NCBI RefSeq assembly: GCF_009914755.1
Contig: NC_060942.1
Length of the DNA: 64,000 bases
DNA from: the human T2T-CHM13v2.0 reference genome, Homo sapiens
Reading direction: 5' to 3' (one strand)
The notes below the pieces were generated by a model. That model was not told the DNA's origin, searched no databases, and saw nothing but the letters and a program-made list of their open reading frames with translations. A program made the translations under genes and the position numbers. Below are positions 57,866 through 64,000 of this stretch, in pieces. Position 1 is the first letter of the stretch; every line of letters begins with the position of its first letter.

Positions 57866-59029
57866 CACTAGACTAAGATGTAAATAACTGACAGTGGATC
57901 AACATTCTGCCCTCCCAGTAATATGCACTCCAAGGAAGCCTTCTGCTGAAGGAATGCCGACATTAATCAGTGAATGCGAGAGGCCTTCTGTTGGGGCCTC
58001 CAGGCCTTGCTGGGGTTTCCCAGGCAGTTGCCTGTTTCATAATTGCCTCAATCCAGCATTATTATATTCTGATCACATTTTTAAACTACTGTGACTTAGT
58101 TCAAAAAAGATTGCATGAGATGTGTTCAACACCCTACTGATTCCCAAGAATAGACCATTTTGTTTCCTCTACTGCACCAAATGCTATTTTGCAACTGTCA
58201 CTGTCTTTCCCTAATTCTCCTCTGCCTCATGAACAATGTTAACAATTTCCTTAAAACAGCTTGGCTCAGAGACTTTGCATCCAAAGCAGTCAGTCCATGT
58301 ATACTGACTCACAAGGAGGAACATGTGGGGAAAGCTCAGTGAGACACTGTGACTCACGGCACTGGGACTCTCACTCTTTCGGGATGTTGACGTCTGAGGC
58401 TGTGATCTCAGGGCTGCCTATTTTTGCTCCCCCAGAATGAGGGGACTGTTCATTAAGGACGTGCTGGCTTCTCTGTGCTAGACAACAGGGCTTGGAGTCT
58501 GCTGGGCTTTATTATCCTGTGAGTTCTAACTGGGAAAGTCAACATAACTCTTCCCGCTCTCTTATTAGAGGCCTCCTCCACCCCCACGTTGGCCAGCGCT
58601 CCTCTCTCACCACCTAAGGCAGAAGCGTCTCTTGGTCCATCTAACTGGAGAGTCCATAAGAAATTCAAGATCCTGACTCCAAATGTTGGTGCTGTCATCC
58701 ATGCCTTGACTTCCATGGAATAGGACCATGGGTCTTTCTCCAGGATTGAGGGGAAGGACGATCCTCTCCCATTTCTCCATGGCCAATGTAACAAACTGTC
58801 TATTCTCAACTGGGCCCTGAGCTCCTCCAGCTTCATTCACCCTGTCTGTCTTCCTCCTGACCACACTCAATTCCAGGAGTATCCTGGATACTTACACCTC
58901 TTTTTTTTCTTTTCTTTTGATAAAGATTTTTTTATAGAATGGAAAGTTACAGTTTCTAACCTAAACCTTTTCCTCTGAAACTTAAACATGTTTCTGCTTA
59001 AAGAAGCAATAGGAATATATTCCTTATAG

Positions 59030-59369
<340 letters not shown>

Positions 59370-60225
59370 ACTTTATTCTTTACTAGGTTAAATATTCCCA
59401 GCACCTTCAGCCTTTTGTTATAGATCTTGTTTATCATCTTTGTATGTGTGATATTGTCCTCAGTGCCTAGTTCAGTTCTCTTTATAGATGTTTTACATAG
59501 ATATTTCCATAAGATGTCATCAATCTGGACCTAGAAAAACATCAAAATAATAGTTGATCTTTCCTGGATACTTACACCTCTTAACTGTCATCTGGGTCAC
59601 TCTACAACCCTGACTTACACCTACCAGCTGCCATCCTTATTCTGCTCTGGGCTGCAGTGTTGTTAGGGAAAACATACGTACACAAACTGACATGTGCGTG
59701 TATGTGTGCAAATGCATGTACACATACATACCACAGACCAACAGTTTCTTACCAGAACCTCTGCTAATTCACCCACAGTGGATATTCCAAACACTTTTCC
59801 TTATAATACTCCTTTTTCACTTAGAATTAATCCCTTCCAGTGTGTGGGCTTATTTCAACAAGTCTTAATTGATCATCTGATATGTGCTGGATGCTGAGGG
59901 TTGGGCTCACTGTGAATATCATATGGCCTCTGCTCCCAAAGAAGGAACAGCTTTGAGAAAAAGAAATGGGTGGAAGAGTAGACATGGATGAAATAACCAT
60001 AAACTATAATGTGATTGCTGCTATGCAGGTTGTGTGAGTCATCTGGGATAGAGCCACAGAGTACTGAAGGAGAGGTAAGTAACTGGATATGGAGAGGATG
60101 GAAAAAGGAATAGAGGATGCCACTCAGGTCCTAAAGTGAGTGGCCAAGTTCGCAAGGCTGCCATTGACTGAGTGGGGCATATGAGAAAGCAGCAAGCTTG
60201 CACTGGAGAGAAAGTAAAGAGAGGA

Positions 60226-60590
60226 GATATTAATCTGTTCTCATGCTGCTAATAAAGACAAACCTGAGACTGGGTAATTTATAAAGGAAAGAGGTTTAGT
60301 AGACTCACAGTTCTACATGGCTGGGGAGGCCTCACAATCATGGCAAAAGAGAAGCAGAGGCATGTCTTACATGGAGGGAGACAAGAGAGAATGACAGCCA
60401 AGCAAAAGAGGAAACCCATTATAAAACCATCAGATCTCGTGAGACTTATTCACTACCATGAGAACAGTATGGGGGACACTGCCCCCATGATTCAATTATC
60501 TCCCACCAGGTCCCTCCCACAAAACGTGGGAATTATGGGAGCTAAAATTCAAGATGAGATTTAGGTGGGGGACACAGCGAAACCATATCA
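60226..60590 (-). mobile_element. THE1 (B/C-like) MaLR solo LTR
   Basis: ttctcatgctgctaataaagac...gactcacagttc...gggacacagcgaaaccatatca; 5-bp near-TSD gagga / gaggg. Confidence 0.9.
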
Positions 60591-63180
60591 GAGGGAAAGC
60601 TTTTTTGTCAATATGCTGAGTTTGATATCCCTACAAAATTATTATGGAAGTGTGAGGTTCCCATGAAATATCCAAATAGTGAGGTCCCATGATTTGAGCT
60701 TGAGAAAGAAAGCTAAGTTTACACAATGAAAGTGACCACAGAATCATACCTGCTACTAAGTAAGAAGAAAAGAAGCAAAGTTTGGAACTCAGAAGACACA
60801 CACATTTTACAAGTAGCAGAGGGCAAGAAAGGGATTGAGAAAGAACAGCCAGTGAGATGGGAACAAAATAAGGTGACTATTTCTGCTGCCCAAATCTATT
60901 TGCAATGCAGTTGTCCTTTCTCATTTCAAATGACTTGCTAGGCTTTTCTAATTGGATTTTGTTCTAATGTCTCAAATTCAACATGTTTTTACCAAAAGGA
61001 AAGTTTTTACTTCTGATTCCCTGTTTGTGTCAACATGATGAAAAGAAAGCTTTTTTCACAGCTAAAGCGAAAGCCCCTGACTCTTCATCAACAGTGTCTA
61101 TGCTTTGAGTCACTCTGCCCTGGCAGGTTCAACACCTGGTTCACAATTACTCATCCTTTAAGAATCACTTCAGCAAACTTCCTCCAAGAAGCCTTTTCTA
61201 ACCCCATAGTCCAAAGTGTGAGGTGGGAAACCTTCATTGTTCATATACTGCATGTGTAGTTCTACCACAGTGGTTATATTATTTTATTTTATAAGTAATT
61301 ATAGTTATATTATTTTATAAGCACCTATTCTTGTTTCTTTCGATACAGGAAAACATTTAATTTTGCATTTCTAGTAAAATGAAAATTAAATGTTTGTTGA
61401 ACAGGGACAAGGTAAATATTGAATAAACTAGTAGAACTAAACCAAAAAACAGATTCCTCCTCATATTTCCCTTCTCAGATTACCTGGGAGTATTTCACAT
61501 TTTGTCCTGTGTCCATATGCCCTTTGCTAATCAACATTCTATGAGTAATCCTCCTGACCATGATAACCTTTTTTTATAACAGCTACACAACTCTATGATT
61601 TGTTTATAAAGCATTTTAAAAGGATAGCAACCAGATTTAGCTCTCACCTGTGAAACATTAATTCTAATACATATACTCATGAGATTTTCACTGGAATTAA
61701 GTGGTCAGCCACTTATCAGACCTTTAGCAAAGAACTGTCCATTTTTAAAATAATATTTAATGCTAGGATGTGTTGGCAGTAAGGAGCAGTGTTAGTAGAA
61801 AAGAGATATATTAATTTTCATTGATCTTTCTGAAACCCTTTAAAGTATTTTTGGTTTTAGATCATATTAAAGGGGTGATTTTAATGAGCTAATCACTTGA
61901 AGATTATTCTTATCTGTGTATGTGTGTGAAGCAAAGTATTCTGGAAAACATAAATTCAGGTAGATATTTTGAATATATCTAGATGTTAAAGGTAATTATT
62001 ATCCACACAAAATATGTTTTGAACTAATCCATTCTAAATGTCTTAAGAAAAGTACATTTACCGTAATGTTCAACTAACTTGGGGGAGGAAAACATGAAAG
62101 TTAAAATTTTCACATCCTGTTAAGACTTCAATTTATTTTAAACAAATCCTTAGTCCTTTGTTGGTAATGGCTACATTTATTTTTGTGCACAGAGATGTAT
62201 GAAACAGATTTACTCTAACCCCAGCATAAAGAAGTTAGGAGCCAGAGAGTTAGCTGTGAAACATCTGATTCTCAAGAAGTTCCTTCACCTCTCTGAGTCA
62301 TAAGTTTTAGAATTTTTAAAGTAGAACTAATTCAGGAGTGACATGCTATGGCACTGGATGACATATTGGCACCTTCTCTCAAAGTCCTGGGGAAAATGTC
62401 TTATAGAAGGAATACTACCTTGAAACTAACTTTGATAGCCTTCAGGGGAGGTTGAATAATACAACAGAAATAAAGTTTGCATTGGCTATTTCTCATTCTG
62501 GAAGCTATGATTATCTTCATTGCTGAATAGAAACCAAAGACTTAATAATGAGGCATAAATACTTCTCTATAGGACTCAATTGCAAGGGCACAAATTTAAG
62601 GCAGGACTGACACATAGTTTCCTACAATGATTTCTGCAAGTGATTTGGTAAAGCCTCACTTCTTAAATCAGGAGTGCTCCCAGCATGATGGCAAACGAGA
62701 AGTATCCCCAAGGTGTGCTAATACCCACATCTAGCTCAAGAGAAAGGAGTGGAAATTAAGACATATTTCCTCCAGATTCAATGATGTAAAAAAGTTTACT
62801 GAGAGTATCCCATAGTACAGAGCACAGTTTGGGGCACTTCTGAGCACATTAATGAGCTAAGTCCTCAACTAATTCAGCCACCGTCACTTAAGTAACTGCA
62901 TGAGAAAATCCACTCAGCAGCTAAGCCCCAAACATATGGAGAATGTGCTTCTCTCAGCTCAAATAGGCAGTGGTCCTTGGGGAACTGAGAAGAAAGAGTG
63001 TAATGAGGAGGTGGTGACTGTACTGGATCTTGAAGATTGGCACTTGGGAGAGAAGGGTGAGAGATGCTACCAGAGGGAGAGGGGGCATTTTGGACCACAG
63101 AAGGAACTCTACTATTTGAGCCAAATTTAATACCAAACCTCTCTTTCTAGTCTCCAAATAACCCTTTATGCTTATATAGG

Positions 63181-63576
63181 TGTGGAAAAAAAGTTAGATA
63201 TTACATTTGAACTCAATTGAACATGGACACAAACAACGGTCACCAAGTCCCAGAACAGGTCATGTGAGCCCCTTGAGGAATTCATCCAGCACTGTTTCGA
63301 AGAAATCTCTATTTCAATCTACACCTATACGTTAGTTATTGAAAAACAACAGACAGTCGCAAAAACAAGTTGACCTTTTGTGTTATCTGAGCCCAGTCTC
63401 GAAGGGCCCTCGTGACTGGGCCTCATGCCGAACAACTGGTTACAAAAAGAGCTAGGGTCCCAGACTGCAACGAAGCTTCAAGAGACATCTTCTTGTCTGT
63501 GTACAGATGAGTGGCCGACTCTGGAGCCCAGGCTGTTGCTTCTCAGCCTGGTGATGAATCCTCCATAGTCTGAGGA

Positions 63577-63643
<67 letters not shown>

Positions 63644-63854
63644 CACACACATATACACACATATACATATATATCTTTTCCCTTCTCCCCTTCCCATTGC
63701 AATTTGCTTATTATATCAATTTTCTTATTATATCATTGACTTATTGTATCATTTGTTTATTATATCTGCATTGCCATTTACGTGGGATAAAGGTTGTTTA
63801 CTCCTAAAAGTACTGTGCGTGGCTTCTCCCCTCACAGGTCTCCCACACAGAACA
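63181..63854 (+). mobile_element. 5' LTR of LTR10-family (LTR10C-like, HERV-I group) provirus
   Basis: TGT...ACA termini; tttgaactcaattgaacatggacacaaac...gagctagggtcccagac matches the recalled LTR10C-type consensus; followed directly by a PBS-like sequence. Confidence 0.75.
63577..63674. repeat. Compound (TG)n(TA)n(CA)n microsatellite within the LTR
   Basis: Direct read. Confidence 0.95.
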
Positions 63855-64000
63855 TTTTTGGCGTCACGAACAGGATCTGAAAGCGAAAGCATGCCATTTT
63901 CCACCACAAGGACCGGGCTGGGAGGTCCCCATATTCCGGGATGGGAACTCCCCAACTTCTCCTCCTTGGCCATTGAGTGGTCCAATGGAACTGGCCTTTG
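63855..64000 (+). mobile_element. ERV primer-binding site and 5' internal leader (continues beyond window)
   Basis: TGGCGTCACGAACAGGATC at 63859-63877, 4 nt after the LTR end. Confidence 0.7.

Overview
Human genomic DNA (a human-specific AluYb8 is present) containing the complete desmoglein-3 gene (DSG3, the pemphigus vulgaris antigen, desmosomal cadherin cluster on 18q12.1) on the + strand. I resolved all 16 coding exons by hand from ATG 18422 to TGA 46780. All introns are GT-AG, and the exon lengths sum to exactly 3000 nt (999 aa + stop). A ~2.45 kb 3' UTR ends near 49220-49240. The flanks are repeat-rich intergenic DNA (old L1 with nested Alu and L1PA, L2/MIR, hAT MITEs, MaLR LTRs), and the 5' LTR plus primer-binding site of an LTR10/HERV-I-group provirus sits at the right edge. 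I find no support for a wholly new biological system. Points worth checking: apparent non-reference alleles (Phe771, Ala912, a possible 5'UTR uORF); a 56-bp-arm L2-derived hairpin; a perfect 38-bp palindrome that looks like a repair scar; a sense LTR poly(A) signal just before the transmembrane exon; a cryptic exon in the 3' UTR; a composite Alu; and a perfect Grainyhead site in intron 1. Repeat subfamily names and reference-allele comparisons come from memory and were not computed.
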